A stretch of DNA of 64,000 nt from Callorhinchus milii (lineage: Eukaryota): contig NW_024704742.1 in the NCBI RefSeq assembly GCF_018977255.1, positions 66,528,001 through 66,592,000 of the forward strand. The letters run 5' to 3'. Position numbers and translations under genes: made by a program. Shown here in pieces: positions 53,438 to 64,000 of this stretch; position 1 is the first letter of the stretch, and each line of letters begins with the position of its first letter. The notes under the pieces are model-generated. The model was given only the letters and a program-made list of their open reading frames with translations, was not told the DNA's origin and did not search any database.

Positions 53438-53836
53438 CAACAACAACAACAAATTACATTTGTATAGCGCCTTTCACATTGGGAGGATGTCCCAAGGTGC
53501 TGGACAGTCAGGGATTTGGACCCAAACAGGGGGTTGGGATCAGGTGGGGTGGAGGGCAGGGAATGTGAGGGTAGGAGGGGTGTGGTGGAAGAGGAGGGTT
53601 TTGAGATCAGCCTTCAAGGAGGCAAGGGAGGGAGAAAGACAAGGGGACTATGGGATAGAGTTCCAAAGGGTGGGAGCAGAGAGCATGAAGGCCCGATCGC
53701 TGATGCTGGGGTGGGCCGGGTGGGGGATGTGGATCAGGTCAGAGCCTACTGAGCGGGGGAGTGAACAGATAGATTTGGTGTTAACAGGTCACAGAGGTAA
53801 GAAGGAGCAAGACTGTGGAGGGCTTTAAAGGTGAGA
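53438..53836 (-). mobile_element. L2 LINE 3' fragment
   Basis: (CAA)n tail, terminal hairpin, LTFKALHSLAPSYLCDLL. Confidence 0.9.
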
Positions 53837-53921
53837 AGTAGGCAAAGAGAGGGAAAGTGAAAAGCAAAGAGTAGGAGTGGGCTGGAGCAGGCAAGAATAA
53901 CTGAGGAGTAACAGATTTTGG

Positions 53922-54131
53922 GACAAAAGCAGAAGTCGCTGGGAACACTCAGCAGGTCAGGCAGCATCTATGGAGAAAGGAAAGTGGGTCAACGTTCTGA
54001 CGAAGGGTCGTGGACCCGAAACGTTGACTTACTTTCCTTTCTCCATAGATGCTGCCTGACCTGCTGAGTGTTCCTGGCGACTTCTGTTTTTGTTTCAGAT
54101 TTCCAGCATCTGCAGTATTTAGTATTTTGTT
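53922..54131 (+). mobile_element. Penelope-like mini-insertion with inverted 5' arm
   Basis: 13-bp TSD TAACAGATTTTGG (53909-53921, 54132-54144); 53924-53996 is the reverse complement of 54020-54092 with 5 differences. Confidence 0.88.
53994..54028 (+). ncRNA. Minimal type I hammerhead ribozyme motif of the Penelope kind
   Basis: gtt-CTGACGA-A-GGGTC-gtg-GACCC-GAAA-C-GTT-gac: intact core boxes, perfect 5-bp stem II, palindromic ACGT stem III, 3-bp stem I. Confidence 0.75.
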
Positions 54132-55024
54132 TAACAGATTTTGGACTTTCCTTGTCTATTCATTGTATAACATAATTCATGCTGAATCAGGGGAGCTCCT
54201 AGCAGCAGAGCTCATTACAAGGCACAGAGATCAGTGATAGAAGTTGACATCCCCAATTTCACTGGGGCAAGTTACATTCTCGCTGGCCTCGTTGTCAACT
54301 CCATCTCCAAAACTTCATTCGTCTTTCAAGCCTTATCTCTACCACTAATCTGTTATGCCTCCGAATGTCCTTCCCTCGACTCTGACTGTTATCCCAATGA
54401 GAGGTAGACTTCAGTGCTTATCAACCATTTTATCTCTCTGTCTGGTTAAAGTTCAGATAACTGCGTTTTGATGAGTGATAAACTCATTCAGTCACGTTTC
54501 TACAAAATCTGATTCAAAGAGTCGTGTGAAAAAAAAGCATTGCACTCGCAGTTTGCTTGAGATTGCTGGAAGACTTTGCTGTTTTAATATTGTTGGCAAT
54601 GGTGCCATCTACAGTACAAAGAGATTCAGGCACCGTGAAGCTTAAAAAATAGCCACCACCATTAACAAGTGGAGTGGTGTTTGAAGGTAATGGGGTTGGA
54701 AAGAAAGAATTGCATTTTCAGCATCTTATTAGTACATAAGAATTTGCTAGGTCCATCCATTTGCCTTCCATCATCCTGGCAGTCGCATGACATTAATTAA
54801 TATTAATTTATTCATAACATTAATGACTTATCACATTGAAACATATCAAATTGCTTTACAATAATTGTGGACTGTTTCTTTGGAGGCAATTGTGGATGCT
54901 ATTTGTGCACAATGAGGTTCCACAAACCACCATAAGGTTGAATAAGCAACTTTTTCTGGAGGATTGTTGAAATTGGACTTGATGGGCCTCTAGGTCTTTT
55001 CCTGAATGCTTCCTTTGTAAACTG

Positions 55025-55600
55025 TGTGTCAGCCCGGCTGGCACTCTTGCCTTGTGAGTCAGAAGGTCATGGGTTCATGCCTCACATTGGGGGTTTGAAA
55101 TCATATAGTACAAGCTGACACTCCATTGCAGTCCTTCAGCCTCTCTTCCACAGCCTTTGGAACTCCATCCCACAGTCCTTGCACCTCGCTCCCTTGTCTC
55201 CTTCATGGCAGGTCTGAAGACCCTCCTCTTTGACCCCGCCTTTGGCCACTCTCCTACCTCTACCCTCCCTGCCCTCCACCCCTTCTGATCCCAACCCCCT
55301 GCTCGGGGCCAAATTCCTGACTGTCCTGCACCTTGGAAAGTCCTCCTGATGTGAAAGACGCTGTATAAATGTAATTTGTTCTTGTTGTTTCTGGGATGTG
55401 CTTGTATCAGATGGAGGTCTTACCTTCAGATGGGATGTTAAACTCGAGTCCCGTCTGCCAGTTCAGGTGGAGGTTAAAGATCCCATGGCACTATTTGAAA
55501 AGAAGAGAGTTTCTTCCAGTGCGCTGACCAACAATCCACCACAAATAAAATTGTTTATTCACTTCATGACTGTTTGTAGGACATTGCTGTGCACAAATGG
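55025..55600 (+). mobile_element. DeuSINE split by a sense L2 3' fragment (about 55133-55389)
   Basis: gctgacactccattgcagt, then L2 with (TTG)n tail, then ctgggatgtgc...gatcccatggcactatttgaa. Confidence 0.85.
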
Positions 55601-55887
55601 AGGTTTGTTAAAGAAAGGTTAAATTTATAAACTGGCATTCGCCAACACAATACAGACGCTATACATAACAGTAAATCCAGTGAACCTACTGTATCAGATG
55701 TAAGGATTATTCTTACTATTATCTATAACAGTAGGCTATCTTCTGCTTTTTAAATAATGGCTTGGGATCTTTAACGTCAACCTGAACAGACAAACGTCGA
55801 CCTGAACAGATAAACAGGACCCTGCTTTAAACTCTCCTCTGAAGGGTTGCATCTCTATCAATTCAACAACAACATCAATAAATTTAT

Positions 55888-56109
55888 ATAATAATAATAA
55901 TAATAATAATAATCCTTGCATTTGATATAGCGCTTTTCACGTCGGGAGGACGTCCCAAAGCGCTTCACAGAACACACTGTAAAGTGAATTGACTGTATAT
56001 TTGTGGGCGAACGCGGCAGCCAATTGCGCACAGCAATGTCCCACAAACAGTCGTAGATTGAAAATGACCAATTTATTATTGTTTTTTGGGTTTTGGAGGA
56101 TTATTATTA
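55888..56109 (-). mobile_element. Short-subfamily SINE, 5'-truncated, young
   Basis: Long pure (AAT)n tail, CpGs retained, nearly identical to 57536-57750. Confidence 0.93.
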
Positions 56110-56729
56110 GCTCCTTTTAAGTCCAAAGGCACTGGACGGTGAAGGGTTTGCACCTGAGCTGCTGGGGGCAGGAGTCAAGAGGGTGGAGGGCAAGGAGGGT
56201 AGGTGACCAAAGGCTCAGTTGAAGAGGAAGATCTGGAGTGGGGTGTTGAAGGAGGCAAGGGAGAGGTCGAGGTGGAGGTGCTCCGGGATGGAGATCCAGA
56301 GGATAGGGGCAGAAAGACTGATCGCCTGACTTCCGATGGTGAAGCCAGCAAGGCAGGTAACATGACGTAGGTCAGTGCCACAGCTTGCATTTATACGTAG
56401 AATAGCGCCTTGATGTGCTGTACTAATGCAGGGTTGGACGCTGAGCAAGGGCAAAGGAGGATTACCCTCTTTATCCATCTTTCAATCTCTCCTTAAGGCC
56501 TACCTTTAAAGACCCCGAGGACTGGGCTGTAGATTTACCCAGTTTATCTAGAGGATTGTTGGCTGGACACTGGGAGTAACTCACTGGCTCAGCTGTAGTT
56601 AAAATTGAAGCTTGAAACCAATTGGAGGCTTGGCCCCACAACCATCTGACCGAGAGGTGAGAGAGCTACATTGCAATTTATGTGGCCTTTTGCGGTGGTG
56701 AGGCACTCAGAAATGCTACCACTTAACGC

Positions 56730-56925
56730 AATGTGCTAAGGATTACCGCACATTTTTGCTCCATTTGTTTTTTTAATGTCCTGCTAAAGGCAATGAAAAC
56801 ATATCTATTTCTTATGCAAATAAAGTACAAAAGTAAAAATACAGAACATGCAAATGTGATAGCCTGTTACTTTATGCAAATCAGAGCTGACACCTTTATG
56901 CAGACAAGATCAATTCTTTGGCTTT
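56730..56925. promoter_or_regulatory. Candidate POU-bound enhancer with an octamer cluster
   Basis: ATGCAAAT at 56814, 56848 and 56874, plus ATGCAGAC at 56898. Confidence 0.45.
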
Positions 56926-57535
56926 AGGTAAACAGGGTGCGTCCTTCTGTGGAGATAGCAAGCGCTTCCTTCCATACCCCAGCCATACAGAAATCCCACC
57001 TATGTGGATCTCTCAGTGCGGTGGTTTACTCTCTCAAGAATGATTATGAGTCAGACACACAGCTTACCCAAATTACTCCAATTACAAAATTAAAAATTAT
57101 TTTTTAAAAAATCACTCAATCCGCAACTGTTTGCAGGACACTACTGTGTGGATTGGCTGCTGCATTTCACCCACAAAATATACAGCCAATTCATTTTAAA
57201 GTATATTCTGTGAAGAGCTTTGAGATGTCTCAAAGACGTGATAAGGCGCTGTAATAAATGCAAGATTTATTTCTATTATAATTACCCGTGAGACGCTTTA
57301 AGACATTTTGATACATGTAGGCGCAATATCAAATGCAAGGATTATTATCATATAATGTAAACTAGAATGGGGTCATGGCTCATCTGAACGATGGCATCCG
57401 TGACAAACCAGAGCACATCCTGCATTGCACTGGAGAGTCAGCCTAGATACTGTGAGCTCAAAGTCCCAACGTGGGGCTTGAACTCACAATCTTTTGGCTT
57501 AAAGGTGAGAGGGCTACCAAGTCAGCCAGACTGAC

Positions 57536-57853
57536 ATAATAATAATAATAATCCTTGCATTTGATATAGTGCTTTTCACGTCGGGAGGACATCCCAAAGC
57601 GCTTCACAGAACACACTGTAAAGTGAATTGACCGTATATTTGTGGGCGAACGCGGCAGCCAATTGCGCACAGCAATGTCCCACAAACAGTCGTGGATTGA
57701 AAATGACCAATGTATTATTGCTTTTGGTTTTGGAGGGATTATTATTAGGCGTGTGGAGTAAGGAAACTTGCCCAAGGTTTCGCGCTGCCTGGAATTGAAC
57801 TCAGGTCTCTCGCTTGCAAAGCGAGTGCTCTAACCACTGAGCTACAGGACGCC
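57536..57853 (-). mobile_element. tRNA/CORE-like/Deu SINE, short young subfamily
   Basis: Full length; perfect arm ctcgc-tttgcaa-gcgag, intact A and B boxes. Confidence 0.95.
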
Positions 57854-59408
57854 ACAACTTAGTTAGATGTGGAACACCTGCTGTAATAAATAGGTCTCCT
57901 TTTCCCTTGCTGGCTTCCTGAATGGAACCTTTTTCTCCTGTTTATTTTATTATGGTTAAATATTGGCTGTTAAAGTGCAGGGTCTGGAGACCTGCCACCT
58001 AGTCATAGGCAATTCAGCATTCGCTGGTGTAATATCTAAATACCTCATTCCCTCAGGCATGTGAAAACATTCTTATATAAAAAAAGACTCTTCTTTGACT
58101 TCTACACACACTGCCAACAAAGTGTAAGCTTTTTCATGCTGGAATGCATGTTTGAATTATACATTCAATTATGCCTTTTTTAAATCAAATGTGGCTTCAC
58201 AGACATCTTGATGTCAGGACCCAGACTGATGCTTCTGATGTCTCCTGTACTGCTTTGTGTGTGGTAGAATTACATGACTCAAATATTTCCTTTAAAAAGC
58301 ACCTTGCGAGAGTTAAAGGGCAAGCAACTTTTGTCAGCAACATGTTTGATGATAACAAGTTGCTGCCCACTCTAACCCGGCCAGCAGACTTTAACCACTT
58401 CACTGCTGGCTTCGAAGAGCCCACTGGCCACTTCTAAATTGGATTTATAAAAATTGTTGGTCAGCTGGGTGTCCGATGCGTACAAGCAGAAACCCAGTCA
58501 CCATGCTTAAACAGATCCAAACCAGTTTGACAGTTCTGTTTATGTGCTACATAAACCCAATCTCTGGAATGGAATGCACACTCTCTCTCTGGCCACCTAA
58601 TTCCGGAGAATATTAGGCACAGGTTGGTGAGAGCCAAGGCATAGGATTTACATAGTGTACAATGGAGTACTGCTGGATTTAACAACAAGTTTCATTTGTA
58701 TAGCACCTTTCACGTCAGGAGAATGTCCCAAGGCAGTAGGGAGGGGCGAGATAGAGTGATAGAGGGAGGGAGTTCCAGCAGTTGGGGCATAGTACTGAAG
58801 GCTTGGCCACCAATGCTGGGTGGGTGGAGCGGATGGGAGATACGCAGCAGGCCAACTCGGAAGAGAGCTTCTCACGGTCTCCTGGCCAACAATTTCCCAA
58901 ATAAAATTGGTCACTCACTTTGTAGACAATTGTGGAACATTATTGTGCACCTGCTGCTGATTGCCTACAAAATACAGTCACTACACTTTACAGTAAGTCC
59001 TATGAAGCACTTTGAGACGTCCTCCTAACCTAAAAGACGCTATTTCAAAAGCCCGGATATTACTAATAAAAGCAATGACAACAACAACTTGCATTTACAC
59101 AGCACCCTCCACATAGAATAGCACCACGAAGCATGGCACAGTAGTGAGGTTGGAAGCCAAACAAGGGAGGGGGAGGTGACTATAGATGCAGTTGGAAGTG
59201 GTTAGTCTTAAAGATAGATAAAGAAGGAGGCGAGGTGGAGGGTTTGAGGCAGGGAGTTTCAGAGGTCAGGGGCATAGTGACTAAAGGCACAACCACTGAT
59301 GGTGGTATGGAGGGCTTGGTGGGACATATAGCAGGAAATGTGTTATATATATAGCCGAATGAAGCATAATTAGTAAACCACCCAATTTTTCAAGGGTCTT
59401 TTTTTTGT

Positions 59409-59720
59409 GGAGTCCTGTAGCTCAGTGGTTAGAGCACTCGCCTTGCAAGTGAGACACCTGGGTTCAATTCCAGGCAGCGCGAAACCTTGGGCAAGTTTCC
59501 TTACGCCACATGCCTAATAATAATCCCTCCAAAACAAAAAAATAAATTGTTCATTTTCAATCCATGACTGTTTGTGGAACACTGCTGTGCACAATTGGCT
59601 GCCGCGTTTCGCCCACAACTATACGGTCAATTCACTTTACAGCATATTCTGTGAAGCGCGTTGAGACGTTGAAAAGATGTGAAAAGTGCTGTATCAAATG
59701 CAAAGATTATTATTATTATT
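59409..59720 (+). mobile_element. tRNA/CORE-like/Deu SINE, short subfamily
   Basis: Full length with B box GGTTCAATTCC and (ATT)n tail. Confidence 0.93.
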
Positions 59721-60889
59721 AAGGATGAAAATCAGGAGCCATATAGATACAACACAATGTAGCACTTAGTGTGGCCGAGTGATTTTGGGATTTATTTATA
59801 TGCAACGAGTCTCCATTTCCATTAAAACACACATTGTGAGCGCACAACAAAAGAGTGCTGGATTCCTTGCTGGCATTTGTGTCTGTGTTCAGCCCAGCTC
59901 CTGCTTGGCTCTGGTTTTAATGCCACTGTTGCTTTGTATTAGTTCCAGCCTCAGTCAGTGATCAAGGAAAATAGTAGACAGCTGTGGGCAGTGCATTGGG
60001 AGGCTTGGAGTGGCCAGTGCTTGAGGGCAGGCATTCCTAACAATGTTGCTTCTTGTCCATTGATAATCAGACGTGTAATTTTAACCCCGTGCACTCTGAT
60101 GGGGGATTGAAAACGGGGTTATTTCCAGCGGCGGGTGCGAGGCAGAAATCCAACCCTGCTGGAGGTCGGGAGAGGATTAATAATAATAATCTTTGCATTT
60201 GACATTGCGCCTTATCACATTGTTAAAACGTCTCAAAGCGCTTCACAGAATATATTGTAAAGTAAACTTAGTGTGTATTTAGTGGGTGAAATGCTGCAGG
60301 TTTTCATTTAAGGTTTTTGAATTTAACGATTAAACCCTCGGAAGCGGCTCCACTCCTGGCTGCTGAGAGAGGAATCTGGCTTTGGTTTCTCTTGCACCCC
60401 GTAATTCAATGGGGAATAGCAATCACTGAGTTGGGATACCTTTAGTTTCGATATTTTGACGACTGTTTAAAATAGAGTATCTGTTATCTTCTAGTGCAAG
60501 AATTGCTGTAATTTAATTCTTGCCTGTCTAAAGAAGCACTTAATAATAATAATAATTTGGTCACTCAATTCATCGTGGTGTCGTGGGAACTTCAACATGC
60601 ACCCGAACACACGGAAGGGGCTTCGATTTAACAATGCAGCGTGCCCCCAGCACTGTATTCTAGTGTCAGCCTGGACTATATGTGTTCCAAGTCCCGATGT
60701 GAAGCTTGAACCACAACTTTTTGACTGAAAGGTGTGAGTACCACCAACTGAGCCAGATCAGGGATGGATTTGCCTGGCCTACAGGGAGTGAATGAGAATG
60801 ACCACCCAGCTCTCCTGCTTACCTATAAACACTGGCTGAAGAGCAGCATTAGACAGAAATCTCGGGGCAACTTGGTGAGCTAACCAAGG

Positions 60890-61050
60890 TTTCTTTGTTT
60901 CTTTCTTTCTGTCTGTCTGTCTCACTTTCTTTTCCTTCCTTCCTTCCTTCCTCCCTCCCTCCCTCCTTCCCTCCCTTCCTTCCTTCCTTCCTTTCTCTCT
61001 CTCTGTCTTTCTTTCTCTATCTTTCCTTCTTCGTTATCTTTCTTATCTTT
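60890..61050. repeat. Compound pyrimidine microsatellite (CTTT/CTGT/CCTT/CCCT/CT)
   Basis: Read directly. Confidence 0.95.
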
Positions 61051-62799
61051 TTGTGATCTGCTCTGGAAGGATCTACAGTACACCCGTCAAACCATTAGCA
61101 GGCTGCACTCCAGGGGCTGAGCACGCCAGTTGCTGATGTGCCTCATTCCAATCCACTGCTCCCATCTTAAGATAAAGATAGTCATTGTTCGGGCTTTGCT
61201 TTCAGTGCCGGCAAGTGAAAGCAAATTAGGGTTGAAGAGAAAATGAAAGGACACAGTGACATAAGTGTCAAGTTCACAGAGTGTGTGCCACTGTTGTTCT
61301 TATCATTTTCTCACAATCTGTCATTATAAATGGTCTTGATCCCTATCACCAGCTAATGCAGGAATTTCTGTAGCTCCGCCAAGTCCGGTTGGAAGATCGA
61401 GGCTGAAAAGAGAAAAGAATTCAGATAAGGGTTAAATAGAACTCCAATTCAGGGGAATATATTTTTGCTACTGTTTTGCTGTCTTACTCATCGAAATTTA
61501 CTCCCAAATTTACTAACAAATACAAATCCATTCAAATTCATTCTTCTCGTTGCTGTGCTATTTATGGGCCATTTTTGCTGCCACATTTTCCTGCATAACC
61601 ACATTTACTTTTGCTCCCAGTCAACTTAATTTTGTGAAGCGCATTGAAACATGTATTTTACACAAAAGGTGCCTTGTAGATGTAATTTGACCTGGCCAAA
61701 AATCCTCCAGATATATTGACATTTGCTTCTTGGCTGTTTATGGTATTTTACAGTGCATAAATTAACTGCTGCATTCACTGACGAATGCACAGTTACTACA
61801 CTTGCCTGCAAAATAATTGACATTTTGCAATGTTATAGGCACTTTATAACCGACTCAGTTGCTATAAGAATCTACACCATGAATCTCTGCAACTCCCTCT
61901 CTCTACCCAGGGTTAGATTAACTTTTTGAGCACCTGGAGCCCAAAAGATTTGTGGGCCCACATTTTCATGTGCTCTACTTAGAAGTAATGGATCCTGTAA
62001 CGGACTGGCTCCCCACAAGGGTGCTGGAAGGTGAGGTAAAATAGATCATGGCGGGGCTCGGAAGCCAATCTCAGGGGAGCTTGGCAGCCAATCATACGGG
62101 CACTCGTCTCACCCCCTCCCACTCTCTATTTTTTGGGGGCAGCCGGAAACCCATCTCCAAGCTTAAGCGTATCCAAACCAAGCTGAGATTTCCATATATT
62201 CCACCTACCCTCTCTCCATCTGTCTTTAAATCCTGCCAATTGCGCCTACCATCAACTTCCCCTCCTCCCCTGCTTGGCACCTGACCCCATCCCTTGTGAA
62301 GTGCCCTGAGATGTTATCCCATATGAACAAATGCGAGTTGCACTTCTACATCAAATGCAAGTTTTTTGTTATTTAAAATTGTTTTTAGGCCAAGATCTGG
62401 CAACCGCCCCCCATGAAATCTGAGTGTTCTTTGGGATCATTAAAGATTTTTGGGATCCACTAAAATAATGGTAATGATCCCAAACCCGGAGAACACAGGA
62501 TCTGCACGTCTCTGTCAGATATTGGCTACAAAAGTCAAAAGTTCCAGGTTACCAGAAAGACTGGACGAGGGAAGAGCTCTGGATTCATTTAAGAAACAGT
62601 TTGATGCTGCAATGAGAGATTTTAATGTCTCATCCAAAAGGCAGCACATCCAATAATGCAGCACTCCCCCAGCACCTCACTGGAGTGTCAACCGAAACTG
62701 TGTGTGAGCTCCAAGTCCCGAACTAGGGCTTGAAATCACAACCTTCTGATTCAGATGGGAGAGTGCTACTGACAGAGCCAAGCTGACACACCACTAGTG

Positions 62800-63100
62800 G
62801 AAACCTTGGGCAAGTTTCCTTACTCCACATGCCTCTGTTTACCTAGCAGTAAGTAGGAACTCGGTTGTTACTTGATTGGCGGATTGCTTCTTTTGGGGGT
62901 AATAATCTCTTCAAAATAAATAATAATGATTTGGTCACTCAATCTATGACTGTTTGTGGGACACTATTGTGCACAATTGGATGCCTCGATTTGCCCAGAA
63001 AATATACAGTCACTATACTTTACAATATATTCTGTGAAGCACTTTAAGTTGTCTTGAAGACATGATAAGGCATTATATCAAATGCAAGGATTATATTATT
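62800..63100 (+). mobile_element. Long-subfamily SINE lacking the tRNA head
   Basis: Starts at gaaaccttgggcaagtttcc; long block and tail present. Confidence 0.88.
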
Positions 63101-63289
63101 ACAATGATTCCATTACTGCTACTCTGTATTGATGCCCGTTTCTTGTTACCAAGGTGATATTGACATATCACTTTGATATGTTCTGCATCAATGCAAGAGA
63201 GAGGAAAATTTCAACATTTAAGTTCACCTGCAAACATTCTCCACACATGGGGAGAAATTTGTGGGGAAGCATGGAGACAGAAAGGTAGA

Positions 63290-63660
63290 TCATGAGATTG
63301 GTTCAATTGAAGATGGCCCTTTGGCCCACCTGATCGCATCCCTCTAGAACACCCACCCTTTACGGAATCGAGCTGTTTTTTTTAATGAATCCAGTGTCCT
63401 GGCCTCAACCACTCTTCCTGGCAACTTGTTCCAGTCGTTAATTACCCTTTGGGTAATGAAACATTTCCTGTGTGTGACATGGAATTGCCCTTGGCTACTC
63501 AAAAACTTGCAATCTTTGTTCTAAAGCTTTAGCATTTGTGGAAGTATTGTTCTGGGTTTACTTTCTCAAACCCATTTGGACTCTTATACACCTCTATAAG
63601 GTCCCCACTGTGATGTCTATTTTCAAGTCTTGGTGAGCCCCAGCTTGGCTAATTGGTGCT
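63290..63660 (-). mobile_element. Old CR1 3' fragment
   Basis: Reverse complement gives ttgaaaatagacatcacagtggggaccttatagaggtgtataag (GDLIEVYK) and a TQRVINDWNKLP-type end. Confidence 0.75.
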
Positions 63661-64000
63661 CGAAGCTCATTCCTCTGGCGCAAAGGGTCACCCAAAGGGT
63701 TAAAACAAGCCGCCTGTTTGATCCCTTAGAACCGTGCAGTTTTGCACATGACAAAAGGGCTCTCATCAGTGGTGCTAATCCCAGGCCTGTTCTCCAGACG
63801 AGAAAGAAGAATCTAGGGCACTCTGAGGTCAGGACAATTAGGAGGGTGGGTGGGAGTGTGTTCGAGGGGGGGAGACAAAGCTGAAGTGCTTTTATTTTAT
63901 GATGGACAGATGCCTCGCCCGAGCACTGAGGTCACAGTAGAAGGTTTTTGGTCAGGACACAAAATAGTGTACGAACAATAAGAAAAAAGCTCGCTGTCGG

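Noticed and set aside
53918..53990. Apparent A-to-G excess in the left arm suggesting fixed ADAR editing
   Set aside because: Two of the four G residues lie in or at the edge of the TSD; the remaining two changes are too few to interpret.
55774..55815. 20-bp tandem duplication cgtcaacctgaacagacaaa
   Set aside because: Simple slippage inside a DeuSINE copy.
57780..57853. tRNA-Ala-like cloverleaf (also at 14557, 34634, 36283, 59409)
   Set aside because: These are SINE heads: no proper acceptor stem, and each runs straight into the SINE body and tail.

Overview
Non-coding, repeat-dense vertebrate DNA with no recognisable host protein-coding gene, rRNA, bona fide tRNA or CRISPR array. The repeat content points to a cartilaginous fish, most likely a chimaera such as Callorhinchus (inference from recalled repeat families, not a search): tRNA-headed SINEs with a Deu-domain/L2-type tail, many L2 and CR1 LINE 3' fragments, and shark-type Penelope ends. 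The ORFs I could assign are all decayed retroelement pieces; the rest look like chance ORFs. Main observations: (1) two Penelope-type mini-insertions with 12-13 bp target-site duplications (TSDs) carrying a minimal hammerhead ribozyme core, one of them the loop of a 73-bp fold-back; (2) several 50-72 bp insertions made only of an L2 3' stem-loop plus tail, each with its own TSD; (3) a SINE family that appears to join tRNA, CORE-like, Deu and L2-tail modules, in two subfamilies; (4) a fossil R4/Dong-clade element with a restriction-like endonuclease; (5) an abundant unclassified repeat ending in a hairpin and oligo(A); (6) MITE-like elements; (7) repeat-free islands that look like enhancers, including a triple-octamer cluster. 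Repeat boundaries are approximate unless a TSD is given.
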